64,000 bases of DNA from an uncultured Chloroflexia bacterium (GTDB lineage Bacteria > Chloroflexota > Anaerolineae > CG2-30-64-16): positions 384,001 through 448,000 of the forward strand of contig CAVZDU010000003.1 of the NCBI GenBank assembly GCA_963774265.1, in the 5' to 3' direction. How positions within the stretch are numbered: the first letter of the stretch is position 1; each line of letters starts with the position of its first letter. Below are positions 39,680 through 50,609 of the stretch, piece after piece. The position numbers were made by a program, and so were the translations under genes. The notes under the pieces are model-generated. The model was not told the origin of the DNA. It saw only the letters and a list, made by a program, of their open reading frames with translations, and searched no databases.

Positions 39680-39959
39680 CCGCCTGGGCGGGTCCGGCAC
39701 AGTTGGAGCAGGTCTGGCGCGGCCACTGGACCATCAAGAATCGCCTGCACTCCGTGCGGGACGAGACCTTCGGTGAAGATCGGTGTCAAGTACATACCGG
39801 CACCGCTGCCCAGGCCCTGGCGGCCATTCGCAACGCCGTCGTCTCCACCCTGCGCTTCCACGGTTGGAGCAATCTCGCCGCCGCCACCCGCTGCTACGCA
39901 GCCCATCCGCAACGTGCTCTGCGACTGTTGGGGGCTATTGCACTATGAAATCACCCTGG
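39680..39959 (+). mobile_element. ISAs1-family transposase C-terminal remnant with probable right end
   Basis: RGHWTIKNRLHSVRDETFGED..ALAAIRN; ends in ..ATCACCCTG. Confidence 0.8.
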
Positions 39960-40051
39960 TTTCCAATTGTCGCCTGACACACTTGAAATCAGTGTCCTGA
40001 GCGGATAGGATGTGCTGCGCGGCGACAAACGACACGAGCAGTGGAGGGATC

Positions 40052-40540
40052 ATGACAGAGCATCAGTTTTTCACCGACCTCCCTAAGGGCTGGGAGGCTT
40101 ATCAGCAGCTGCTGATCGACGCCATCCGTCCGCTAACCGCGGAGCAGTTGGCATTGCGGGTTGGGCACGATTTGCGCCCGGCCGGTATGATCGCAGCCCA
40201 CATCGTTGGGGCACGCGTGCGCTGGCTCCGGCGGGTGCTCGGAGAAGGTAACGAGGACCTGGAGCGTTGGGCGCGCTGGGACCGCCAAGGATCGCTTATC
40301 CCCAGCGGGGAAGAACTGTCGCAGGCGCTTGAGGCAAGCTGGCAGCCACTGAAGGCTGGGCTGGAGCGTTGGAAGCCCGGCGATTACGAGCACACGTTCA
40401 CACTCGAGGAGGACGGCCAGACGGAAAGTCTCACCCGGGGATGGGTTGTCTGGCACCTGATAGAGCATGACTTGCACCACGGTGGCGAGCTCTCACTGCT
40501 GCTCGGCTCGCACGGATTGCGGGGCGTCGAGCTCCCTTGA
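40052..40540 (+). CDS. DinB family protein
   Basis: IAAHIV and WHLIEHDLHHGGE His motifs. Confidence 0.85.
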   Translation: MTEHQFFTDLPKGWEAYQQLLIDAIRPLTAEQLALRVGHDLRPAGMIAAHIVGARVRWLRRVLGEGNEDLERWARWDRQGSLIPSGEELSQALEASWQPLKAGLERWKPGDYEHTFTLEEDGQTESLTRGWVVWHLIEHDLHHGGELSLLLGSHGLRGVELP

Positions 40541-40557
40541 CTACGGAAGGCGCGCAG

Positions 40558-41216
40558 ATGCAACATACTAAACCCGACGGCTACCTCGCCGTTCCCCCCA
40601 CCGGCAAAGGCAACGGCGTGTTGGTCCTCCACGCCTGGTGGGGGCTGAACGACACGATGAAGGCTTTCTGCACGCGACTGGCCGAATCCGGTTTCGTCGC
40701 CTTCGCCCCAGACCTCTATCATGGCAAGGTCGCAGACAACATTGCCGGCGCCGAAACCCTCAGCGGATGCGCTGGATGCAAACTCAGACCAGGCCAGGGC
40801 CGACATCGCAGATGCAACAATGTTCCTCGACGAACATACCGGCCAGGCCGACCGCGGCCTGGCGGTGATTGGCTTCTCGCTGGGCGCCTATTACGCGCTG
40901 GATCTCTCGGTCGACCGCTCCCGAGCACATCCGATCCGTCGTCATCTTTTACGGGACCGGGCCAGGTGATTACAGCAGCTCGAAAGCAGCCTACCTCGGT
41001 CACTTCGCAGAGACGGATGAGTTTGAGCCGCAATCCGACGTCGACAACCTGGAGGAATCCCTGAGGCGTGCTGGCCGCCCGGTGACTTTCTATCGTTACA
41101 GCGGCACGGGACACTGGTTCTTTGAACCTGACCGCTCGCAGGCATACAACCCGGCGGCAGCGAGCCTGGCGTGGGATCGAACCCTGGCCTTCCTGAGGCG
41201 TTCTTCCCCCTTGTGA
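40558..41216 (+). CDS. Dienelactone hydrolase family protein; frameshifted
   Basis: VLVLHAWWGLN, APDLY, GFSLG, GHWF. Confidence 0.85.
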
Positions 41217-41294
41217 GCCCAACCCATGCGCGGCCAGAATTGATGCTGATGTTGAAGCGGAGGCCAAGGTGCCTTTCGCTGCAGCGCGTAGGCT

Positions 41295-42065
41295 TCAAGC
41301 GCTGTGGCCTGGGATATGAAACCCGCGCTTGGCGAATTGATCGAGAATTTCCTGGGGCGCGGCGTCCCATTGACCCGTTTTCCTGGAGATGTGTTCGGTC
41401 CAACTGTAGCTCGAATAGGTGTGCGTCTCCCGGCGCCCGTCTTCGAGCGGGATCTTGGCGCGCTGCCCCCGGTAGTAATCTTGCGCCAGGTAGCCTTCGT
41501 CCATGGTCCGCATGGCGTCCTCGATCGCCGCATCGTCAGGGTCCGGGTAGGCGTCCTCGAACAAGGTGAACGCCAGCGGGTAGCGCGGCCGCGGGGGGCG
41601 TTCCTCAGCCGGGTAACCCATCGCCAGTTGCACCAACGGAAAGACGCGCGGGGGCAGCTTGTACTCGGCTGCGATCTTGTCTGCGATGTAGGGCGCCCCG
41701 CCGAGGAAGCAGCTCCCCAGCCCCAGGCTTTCCGCAGCGATCACCAAGTTTTCGCCTACCAGCGCGGCATCCTGCATCCCGAACATCAGCACAGACAGGT
41801 CGTTGGAGACCATGGACCAGCCCCGCCGCGCCATGATCAGCTCGTGCCGGTGCGAATCAACGCAGATCGTAAAGAGCAGCGGCGCGTGAAATGGATTGCG
41901 ACCCGCATGGCGTTTCAGCAGCAGGCTGCAAAGCTGATAGGCGAAGGGGGCCTGCTGGCCGGCCCGCACGATGGTCTCCACTACCTCATCAGGCGGTTGC
42001 TCGGCCCGGTACTTGCGGATGGACTTGCGGTTAAGAAGCGTGTCAATCACCGGATTGGTCAGCAT
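41295..42065 (-). CDS. Nitroreductase family protein
   Basis: RKSIRKY, DAALVGENLVIAAESLGLGSC; TTGACG-17-TATAAC promoter at 42118-42090. Confidence 0.9.
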   Translation of the reverse strand: MLTNPVIDTLLNRKSIRKYRAEQPPDEVVETIVRAGQQAPFAYQLCSLLLKRHAGRNPFHAPLLFTICVDSHRHELIMARRGWSMVSNDLSVLMFGMQDAALVGENLVIAAESLGLGSCFLGGAPYIADKIAAEYKLPPRVFPLVQLAMGYPAEERPPRPRYPLAFTLFEDAYPDPDDAAIEDAMRTMDEGYLAQDYYRGQRAKIPLEDGRRETHTYSSYSWTEHISRKTGQWDAAPQEILDQFAKRGFHIPGHSA

Positions 42066-42135
42066 CGGATCCTCCTCGGTTATGAACCCGTTATAAGTCC
42101 AAACTGCTCGAACGTCAAGCGGTTGCCGCGCTGAT

Positions 42136-43754
42136 CAGCAATTCTGAATTTGGCATGGCTCCAAGCCGGTGAAGTCAAGGTCGGAGGTAGCCGGGGGCTG
42201 CCTGCGTGCGGGTGGACAGCCGCGGTGGCAGATTGAGGGCCGGAAAGAGGCGGGTCGGGCGGCCGGGAGTGGAGCTGGCGGCACTGGGCGCTGGCGCTGG
42301 ACAGGCGACAGCCTCCGACCGGGGCCGGGATCAATGGGCGGTCAGGCCCACCGGGCATTAGGCGGGGGCGGCGGACCCAACTCCAGTTGGCGATACATGA
42401 AGCTCAGCAGGTGCTGGAAGCTGCGCCAGTACAGGTAGGTCGTCAAGCCCCGCAGGTCATCGAAGAACTTGCGCCGGGTGCGCAGCTTCTGGCGGATGGC
42501 CTGGTACATCAAGCAGGCCAGGTCGAGGGCCGTGTGGAAGAGGAAGGCCAGCAGCAGCAGGCTCAGCAGCACGGCGGAGAGGTGCTGGTCGCCATGCCCG
42601 TAGTTGTGCTCGAAATGGTAGCCGCGCTGCTTGAGCACGTTGATGCCCTCGTTCTCCACCTTCCAGCGGCTGCGCCCATCCTGGGCCACGGCCTCGACCG
42701 TCGTTTCGTCCAAAGCATGGTCGGTGAGCCAGGCGTTGTGATACAGCTGCTCACCGCTCTCCTGGTTGATCAGCCGCAGCTCACACCAGTTGACCTTGAG
42801 CGCGTCCGGCCCCTCGCGGATCGGCAACTCACTCGCCCAGCGATACTGCCAGACCTCATGATGGCGACCGTTCCAGCGCCGGATGCGCTTGCTTCCCACG
42901 GCCCCCTCGACCCGCTCCAGCAGCTGCAGCTCCTCGTAGAGCGCCGGGTGCGAGTCGGGCTTGCAGGTGAGGATGAAGTGCAGCTGGTGATCCAACAGTA
43001 ACTGACAGACCGGCTGGTGCGCATGCAGATCGTCGGTCAAGACGGTCGCACTCCAGGGCGCAAAGCGCCCGGCATGCTGCTTCACCCAGCGCTTGATGGC
43101 CTGCTGCTCGCAGTCCTGTTTCTCTGCCCCGTCCTGCGGCGTGATGAACTCCGGCGGCAGACAGACCACGTGCGGCTGTGCGGGCGCGCCCACCACTGCC
43201 AGCAACACTTGATGCGCATAATAGGTCCGTCCGTCGCGCACCGTCACCCGGCAGTTGTCACAGTGCACCTTCTGCGACGCAAAGTACTGCGTGCCGTCCA
43301 GCGACACCAACTGAGTACCAGTCGCACCGTGATAGTCCCGCAGCGCCCCACGCCGGGCCAGCAGTTCGTAGCTCGCCCAAAAGGGTTCGCCCAGCAGGAC
43401 CGGATCGACTGGATCGAGCAGGTTGCGAGTCTGCCCATCGCTGGGAATCTCCGCCACCCCAAACAGGCTCTTGGCGTTATTGCGCCCGTGGTTCTCCTGC
43501 ATGTTCGTTTGGTAGGCCAGAAAGGAGGGCTCCTGCATGAAGAACACCGAGAAAGCCGCTAGCCCGGCATCCGCAATCGCATAGTGCCCGTTCTCACCCC
43601 GCCGATGCTCCGGAATCCGTTCCAGACTGGCCCGCAAAAACCGCAGCAACTCGCTGAACTTCACCTGTTTCCCACCCATGCCTCGCCCCACCTCACGCCG
43701 GATTCGCTGGCTCACCTCCCAGTCTACCACTCCCCGCCATATTTAGAATTGCTG
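42136..43754 (-). mobile_element. Complete insertion sequence (ISNCY/IS4-like DDE), 1619 bp
   Basis: 14-bp terminal inverted repeats CAGCAATTCT(G/A)AAT; 9-bp direct repeat CGCGCTGAT at 42127-42135 and 43755-43763. Confidence 0.92.
42342..43680 (-). CDS. DDE transposase
   Basis: VSLDGT, KQDCE, GRSRWKVENE, GYHFEHNYGHG. Confidence 0.9.
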
Positions 43755-43948
43755 CGCGCTGATGGCCCGCAGCCTGTCGTCACGCCTGTTGACGTAAGCC
43801 CTCCGCCTTTGTGCAAAGACATTTGCCCGTCCGCGCGGCGGCCATCGCTGAGGAAAATGACATGCACGCACGTACAGTGCTATAATGCCCACGGTCGCTT
43901 ACATAATCACAGGGCCGCGGGCCCCGTCCGCTTCAAAGGGGTACGATC

Positions 43949-45983
43949 ATGACTATCGGATCAATTCTGCTCATCCTCGGGTTGATGGTGCTGGTGATGC
44001 TGGCGTTGCTCGTCTTGTCGGGCATCCGCTTCATCCCCAACAACCGCGTTGGCATCGTCGAGAAACGCTTCGGCGCCAAATCCATCGAGACCGGCCTTAT
44101 CGCGCTCAAGGGAGAGGCCGGCTTCCAGCCCAAGCTGCTGCGCGGCGGCCTGCACTACCGGATGCCGATCCAGTATCGTCGTCCACCGTTCGCCCCTGGT
44201 GACCATCACCCAGGGCAAGATCGGCTACGTCTTTGCGCGCGACGGGCATCCGCTGGAGCCGATGCAGGTGCTGGCTTCGAACGTCACCGCCAATGACTTT
44301 CAGGATGTAGCCGCGTTCCTGCAAGACGGCGGCCAGCGCGGACCCCAGCGTCAAATCCTGCGCGAGGGCACCTACGCCATCAACCTGGCGCAGTTTATCG
44401 TCATCACCGAGGAAAAGGTCTACTACCTGCCGCTCAACCGCGCCGAAGAAGGGGTCATCCAGAATATGGCCAAGGTGATCGGCGAGCGTGACGGCTTTCG
44501 GCCGGTGGTGCTCAAGGATCAGGACGACAAGACCGGCATTGTGACGGTCCACGACGGACCCTCGTTGTCGCCGGGCGAGATCATCGCGCCCATCGTGGGC
44601 GGCGACCCAACCAACGTGGAGACGTACCACAACAACTTTCAGGCGCCCGACCGGTTCCTGAAGGCCGGCGGCCTGCGAGGGCGCCAGTTGCAGGTCCTGG
44701 TCGAAGGCACCTACTATCTCAACCGGCTGTTTGCCACGGTGGAGATGATCCCCAAGACCATCATCGAAATCGGGACCGTCGGCGTGGTGGTCTTCTACAC
44801 CGGCGAGGCCGGCCGTGACCTGTCGGGCGACGACTATCGGCATGGTGAGCTGGTGGAGACGAGGCCATCGCGGCGTGTGGGACGTGCCGCTCATGCCGGG
44901 CAAGTACGCGTTCAACACCTACGCCGGCAAGGTCGTGCCGGTCCCCACGACCAACGTCATCCTGAAGTGGATCCGGGGCCAGGTCGGCTCGCACCACTTC
45001 GACGAGAACCTGGCGGAGATCTCGTTGATCACCAAGGACGCCTTCGAGCCATCGCTGCCGCTGTCGGTGGTCATGCACATCGACTACCGCAAGGCTCCCC
45101 TGGTGGTCCAGCGCTTCGGCGACGTGAAACGGCTGGTCGAGCAGACCCTCGACCCCATGGTGTCGGCCTACTTCAAGAACATCGGCCAGACGCGCACGCT
45201 GATCCAGCTCATCCAGGAGCGCGGCAACATCCAGCAGATTTCGAGCCAGGAGATGAAGGAAAGGTTCACGCACTATAACCTGGAGCTGGAAGAGGTGCTG
45301 ATCGGCACGCCGGTCGCGATGGCCGAGCGACAAGCAGTTCGAGATGATCCTGAACCAGTTGCGCTCCCGGCAGATCGCCGTCGAGCAGATCGAGACCTAT
45401 GGACGGCAGCAGATGGCGGCAGGGAAGGAACGGGAGCTGCGCGAGGCCCAGGCGCGCGCCGAGCAGCAGCGCAACATCACCGAATCGGAGCTGAGCATCA
45501 CGGTGCAGAGCAACCAGGGCAAGGCCGAATACGCCCGGGCGCTGCAGCAGGCGGCGCAGATCCGCGCCCTGGCCGAGGCTGAGGCCGAAAAGACCGCCCG
45601 CGTCGGCATCGGCCAGGCCATCGCCATCGAGGAACAGGTGGCGGCCTATGGTGGCCCGCAGTTCCAGGTCACGCAGCAGGTGATGAACCGCTTTGCCGAG
45701 GCGGTGCAGCAGTCGAGAGTGGACGTGGTGCCGCGCGTGGTGATTGGCGGCGCCGGGGGCACTGCGACCAGCAGCGGCGTGATGGAAGGGCTGTTGACGC
45801 TCCTGCTATCCGACAAGCTGGGCCTGGAAGTGAGCGACGCTCGGGCAGCGAGAACCGAACCCGCAAGCGGACCAGTTGCGGGCTCAGATCCGCGAGGGGC
45901 TCAAGGAGAGCCGGCAGGGCACACCCGGGCCGATGCCGCCCGCCCCGGCACCGGCTGGTCCGTCGGAGGGGAAGCCGGCCTAG
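43949..45983 (+). CDS. SPFH/flotillin family protein; several frameshifts
   Basis: IALKGEAGFQ, RGPQRQILREGTY, ISLITKDAF, coiled-coil AEAEAE; inferred stop TAG at 45981-45983. Confidence 0.85.
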
Positions 45984-46134
45984 CTCGACTCCCACCAAGG
46001 GGTAAAGCCCAAACTCGAAAATCACAGTTTGGGCTTTACTGTGACGAGGTCGTGGGGACCAAGATCCAAGCGGTAAGGGCGACGCGGTGCGGGGGAGTCA
46101 GCGAAGAGCCGGCTCCCCCATCCGCTATCAAGGG

Positions 46135-49100
46135 CTACTTGTGGATCACGATGCTGCCGACGGTGATAGCTTGCGGATTGGCGCCGTCCATGTCATCAGA
46201 GCGACCGAGGACGTTGTCATACGCCACGCCGGCGGCGTCCCAGATCTTGATCCGGAACTTGTCCACGTCGCCCCCGCCGTTGATCTGGCCGTCGGTAGCC
46301 GTGAGCAGGAAACTGTAGCTCCCGGCACCGTTGACCGTGCCCGTGCCCTTGTACTGCGCCTTCGGTCCGGCTACAACCAGCCATTCGTACGCCGTGGCAT
46401 CGAACCTGAAGTCAGCCACGCTGAACACAAACTGCGTCTGCCCCTCTGGGAGCTGCGCTCCCTTCCGATACTTCGAGACGAAGGCGAAGCGCGCCGGCCC
46501 GGTGAGCCTCGGATCCGCCGTGTAGGCGCCGGCCGGCGAGTCGAGGTGACCCGCGCCGGTCACGAACCCGGCGCTCGGATCGTATACCACGATCATGACC
46601 GTCTCGGTGTCCGAACCGAGGTCGTCGTCCGCGACCGTCACCTGGATGCTGTAGATGCCGGGTGCGGCGTAGGTCTTGCTCGCCGTGCACGCGCCGGCCG
46701 CTATTGTCCCGGCAGTCGTCGTCCCATCGTCCCACGCGATCTCACAACTCAAGGCGTCGTTCACACCCGCGTCCGTGAGGGTCGCCGAGACGTTGACAAG
46801 ATCGGTCAGCGGGAAGAGTGTATTCTCCGACGGTCCGGTGATGGTCAGCATCGGGTTCTGGTTGTTGACCGTCACCGTTGTCGACTGGCTGACAGTGGCA
46901 CCGTCGTCGTCGGACAACCCGACGCTGATCATCTTGGTGTCGGACGCGGTCCCGGTCGGGTCGTCATCCGCGTAGGTGTGGGCCACGCTGAAGGAAGTGG
47001 AACCGGCGGGCGGGCTGAGTGTTTCGGCCGCGCTGCCGTCGCCCCAGTCGATCTCGACCGAGAACGAGTCGGCACTGCTCGCATCGCTGATGTCGCCGGT
47101 CAGCGTCACGCTGCCGCCCTCGTCCACCGCGCTGATGTCGGTTGCCAGGTTGCTGAGGGTCGGGGCAACGTTGCTGACACTGACCGTTGTCGTCGTGGCG
47201 GCCATCCGGCCCGCCATGTCCTTCGCACGCACGCCGACGGTCTGCTCGACCGGCCCGTCGAGAGCCGCGGCAGAGAAGGTGGGCTGCTCATCCGTCGTCT
47301 CGTACTCTCCGTCGTTGTTCACGTCCCAGTCAAGGTCAACCGCCCCGCCGCCGGCATCGGACGCCTCCGCCTGCAGCACGACCGATCCACCCTCGTCCAC
47401 CGTTAGCGGCGCTGGCGCGGTGAGCTGCGGATCGTGCAGATCGGCCTTGAGTTGATAGACAAAGCTGGCCGTCTGGCCGGTACTGTCTTGCGCGGTGAAG
47501 TTGAAGTGATAGATGCCGTCCGCGGCCAACGCGTACGTCCAGGTCGCCGTCTTGTTGTTGTTGCTGAGCAACGGCCCGCTGCAGACGGCGCCGGCCGGGC
47601 AGGCCTCGGCCCCATTGACTGTCGAGGTCGCCCCGTGCAGCGTAGCCGTCGCATTTGCATCGGCGTTCGCCGTCACCTTCAACACGACCTTGTCCTCACA
47701 CGTGCCTGTACCGTTGGGGCCCGTGCAGCTCTTGATGAACCAGCCATTGACGGTGGCGAAGCTGGTGAGCGGGTCCACGGTCAGCGACGTCTGGAACTGT
47801 GGCGGGTTGGCCGGCAGCTGTACTGCGAGATCGGGAGCCATGTAGTGTAGTATGCGCTCCTCGTAGATCTGGTGCGCTCGGGCAGTTGGATGCAGTGTGC
47901 CCTTGGTGTCCTTCCTAGACGACGGCCCCTGCATCGGGGCCGATTCGTCAGCTCTGCGGATCCAGTTGTCGGTCGCGCAGTAGCCGTGGCCTTTGCCGTC
48001 CGGACCCGTGATGATTGGGACGGGCCGGGTCGGATCGTCCAGGTACCTCGCCATACCGTCCACATAGGTCCACCCGTACATGTCGGCCCGGTATTTCAGC
48101 GTGTCGTTTAGTGCCTTCAGGCCGAAGGTCATCGTCTCCTCGGCTTCCCACGACTCCATTGCCGCAAAGGGGTTCGGCCAAAGGATATCGTCCAGCATCC
48201 GGCAGTAGTTGCCGTTGTCATCGCGCGACCAATCCGGATATTCGGTGGCATAAATGTGCAGGGGCTTCACGTTCACGCCATTGACGGTCAAACCATCCAG
48301 AGCCTCGCTCAGCAGGCCGTAAGACCCCGGCAGTGTGATGTCAGGGCTGCCGAGTGCGGTGCCCAACGCGCGCCTGATAAGCGTCTTGATGGTCCAGCCG
48401 CCATTGCCCGGAGATTCGAACATGTTGGCATTGGCCCAGCAGTCCCAGGTAACGACGCATGCCATCGCGATCTCCCCGAAGAAGACGTCGTTGCCTCCGG
48501 CAGACATGATGAGGGCATCAGGCGTTCGGGGCGTCCGGCTATCCGGGGGCGTCAGCGCCGTCTCGAGCTGATCGATTTGCGAGGGCAGGTAAGGCTCATA
48601 CGATTCAACATCGAAGTTGTCCGGGGGATAGGGGTAGTTGTCCGGCACTTCCTGGCCTCGATAGCGGCCCAGTATGCCGGTCCCCCTGGCCTTATGCTCG
48701 TCGGGCTCCAGGAAATAGAAGGGCGGGACCCAGTCCCATCCGATCGGGTCCCATACCGGCCTGCCGACGGTCGCTCCTGAACAGGCGAAGGAAAGGAACG
48801 TCACCGAGGTGTGCGGGTCGCTTCTCTCGATCTCCAGGGCAGCCTTGGCCGGTCCTGCGATCGCCGAGCGATGGCAGCGTGCGTCCTGCCACTTGACCGT
48901 CGTGGGCGGGTAGGCTTGATTGGGGATGTCCGGGTTTCCTTCACCCGACGCATAGGAGTCGCCGATCGAGACGATCAGGTAGTCCTTGATGTACACGGGC
49001 TGCTCGTACGCCTCCCGGTCGTCGTCAGGCCAGACCTTTTCCCCGGTGGGGTCGTAAATGGTCATCTCCACTTTGTAGTTGCCCTGCGCCGGTAGGCTTA

Positions 49101-49584
49101 TCTCGAACCGGCAGCGATAGTCGTTAACGGGACCCGCGTAGTCATACACCAGGCCGCCTTGCCCGTGAATGTGCCACACGTAGATGTCGGATGAGGTCCC
49201 GGCCGCTTCGTCTGCGCCGGTGCGGCAGCCGTCGAGGACGATCGGCCAGACGTTGGGGTAGATGTGGGTGGGCTCGTAGGTGTTCGGGAATTGCGGATCG
49301 TTGCTATCCCGCCAGTGGTAGTCGATCATGTGGTCGTAAGGGTCAACGTCAAGCCCGAACCGGGCCGGCACGCTCCAGTCGAAGCCGTTGGCCGGCGCCA
49401 CATAGGGTTCCTCCTCGCCCTCGCCTCCTCCGATGGGAGGCGGGTCGATGGGATCTCTGGGCATCGCGAAGACGGGCAGTGTGCTCATCGCCGCGAGCAT
49501 GCCGATGACGACGAACAGCGCCGCGAGGTGCGCCGGTCGCCGGAAGGCGCCGAATGGCGAGGGTCTACGTTTCTGGGTGAACAT
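46135..49584 (-). CDS. Secreted SGNH/GDSL hydrolase with C-terminal PKD/Ig repeats
   Basis: Signal peptide, GDSYASGEG, ACSGA, GGND, LHPT, IDWGDG, VVYDPSAGFVTG. Confidence 0.85.
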   Translation of the reverse strand: MFTQKRRPSPFGAFRRPAHLAALFVVIGMLAAMSTLPVFAMPRDPIDPPPIGGGEGEEEPYVAPANGFDWSVPARFGLDVDPYDHMIDYHWRDSNDPQFPNTYEPTHIYPNVWPIVLDGCRTGADEAAGTSSDIYVWHIHGQGGLVYDYAGPVNDYRCRFEISLPAQGNYKVEMTIYDPTGEKVWPDDDREAYEQPVYIKDYLIVSIGDSYASGEGNPDIPNQAYPPTTVKWQDARCHRSAIAGPAKAALEIERSDPHTSVTFLSFACSGATVGRPVWDPIGWDWVPPFYFLEPDEHKARGTGILGRYRGQEVPDNYPYPPDNFDVESYEPYLPSQIDQLETALTPPDSRTPRTPDALIMSAGGNDVFFGEIAMACVVTWDCWANANMFESPGNGGWTIKTLIRRALGTALGSPDITLPGSYGLLSEALDGLTVNGVNVKPLHIYATEYPDWSRDDNGNYCRMLDDILWPNPFAAMESWEAEETMTFGLKALNDTLKYRADMYGWTYVDGMARYLDDPTRPVPIITGPDGKGHGYCATDNWIRRADESAPMQGPSSRKDTKGTLHPTARAHQIYEERILHYMAPDLAVQLPANPPQFQTSLTVDPLTSFATVNGWFIKSCTGPNGTGTCEDKVVLKVTANADANATATLHGATSTVNGAEACPAGAVCSGPLLSNNNKTATWTYALAADGIYHFNFTAQDSTGQTASFVYQLKADLHDPQLTAPAPLTVDEGGSVVLQAEASDAGGGAVDLDWDVNNDGEYETTDEQPTFSAAALDGPVEQTVGVRAKDMAGRMAATTTTVSVSNVAPTLSNLATDISAVDEGGSVTLTGDISDASSADSFSVEIDWGDGSAAETLSPPAGSTSFSVAHTYADDDPTGTASDTKMISVGLSDDDGATVSQSTTVTVNNQNPMLTITGPSENTLFPLTDLVNVSATLTDAGVNDALSCEIAWDDGTTTAGTIAAGACTASKTYAAPGIYSIQVTVADDDLGSDTETVMIVVYDPSAGFVTGAGHLDSPAGAYTADPRLTGPARFAFVSKYRKGAQLPEGQTQFVFSVADFRFDATAYEWLVVAGPKAQYKGTGTVNGAGSYSFLLTATDGQINGGGDVDKFRIKIWDAAGVAYDNVLGRSDDMDGANPQAITVGSIVIHK

Positions 49585-49668
49585 CTGAATCCTCCCGGGC
49601 CGAAAGCCCGAATTGAGAGTTGGCGCGCCTCTGCAGCAAGGCCCGCCGGGCGGAAATGCTCAAGCTAG

Positions 49669-50382
49669 TTACAGCGAAGCCAGATAGCCCGCCAGCTCTT
49701 GTGGTGCAGACAAGAACGGCGAATGGCTGGTGTTCATCGAGATGACCTCTTCGCAGGGCATGGCCCCGACCATCGCCCTCTGCGCCCGGGGCGTCACTGC
49801 GTTGTCACCGAGCGTATGGATATACACACGCGGCACCCGGCCGAAATTTCGCTCGCTCAGGTCCAGCGGCGTGGCGAGAGGTGCGATCGGCTCGGGCATC
49901 AGCAGGGCGGCAGCCAGGGCGACGTCCTCGTCCGAGCAGCCGGCGTACATCGCATCCCGGCAAGCTGTCTCCTTCACCGTGATGGTGCCCTGCGCTTCGT
50001 TCACGATGAGGTTCGGGAGAAGCAGTGACCCCGTGTCGTTCATGGCCGTGGGGAGCATGGGCTGGCCGCCGGGAAGCAGGAACGCGGCAAGGTAGACCAG
50101 CTTCTCGATCCTGGCCGGCCGCTGTTCGGCGGTCTGCGAGATGACGATGCCTCCCCGGCTGTGCCCGACCAGAATGACCCGCCCGGGCTGTTCGTCGATG
50201 GCTGCACAGACGCGATCGACGTAGCTTTGCAGCGAGACGTCGCGCAAGGGCGTCCGGTCTCGTCCGAAGCCGGGTAGGTCAACCGCGATGGCCGTGTGCC
50301 CCGCTTTCTCGAGCAGGGGCAGGATTTTGTACCAGCACCACGCTCCGTGCCAGGCCCCATGCACCAGAATATACGTACTCAT
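49669..50382 (-). CDS. Alpha/beta hydrolase (methylesterase-like)
   Basis: LVHGAWHGAWCW, GHSRGG, HSPF. Confidence 0.9.
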   Translation of the reverse strand: MSTYILVHGAWHGAWCWYKILPLLEKAGHTAIAVDLPGFGRDRTPLRDVSLQSYVDRVCAAIDEQPGRVILVGHSRGGIVISQTAEQRPARIEKLVYLAAFLLPGGQPMLPTAMNDTGSLLLPNLIVNEAQGTITVKETACRDAMYAGCSDEDVALAAALLMPEPIAPLATPLDLSERNFGRVPRVYIHTLGDNAVTPRAQRAMVGAMPCEEVISMNTSHSPFLSAPQELAGYLASL

Positions 50383-50446
50383 GTTCGCCTCCTTTGTTTG
50401 TGAACCGACTTGGTGCGGCGTCTCCGCTTGGTTTTTGTCGTCGATT

Positions 50447-50522
50447 CCGGTATACGCCCAGGCCGTTAAGTCATCGTTGAATGTCCGTCAAATCAGCGCT
50501 AACTATCGTTACGATTTTGCAA
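50447..50522 (-). promoter_or_regulatory. 11-bp-phased repeat promoter element, copy 1
   Basis: CG(T/C)(T/C) cores at 50464, 50475, 50486, 50497, 50507; aligns without gaps to 54567-54642. Confidence 0.6.
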
Positions 50523-50609
50523 GAAAGGGGCTAGACAATGTGCGGAATTTGTGCTAGAATTGTTTCATTCAGGCCCTGAGCGAAATGGACCTGAACACCG
50601 CGGCTGCCT

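Noticed and set aside
45984-46318. Extension of the flotillin ORF overlapping the SGNH gene
   Set aside because: Likely a frameshift artefact; a plausible C-terminus ends at 45983 and hairpins follow.
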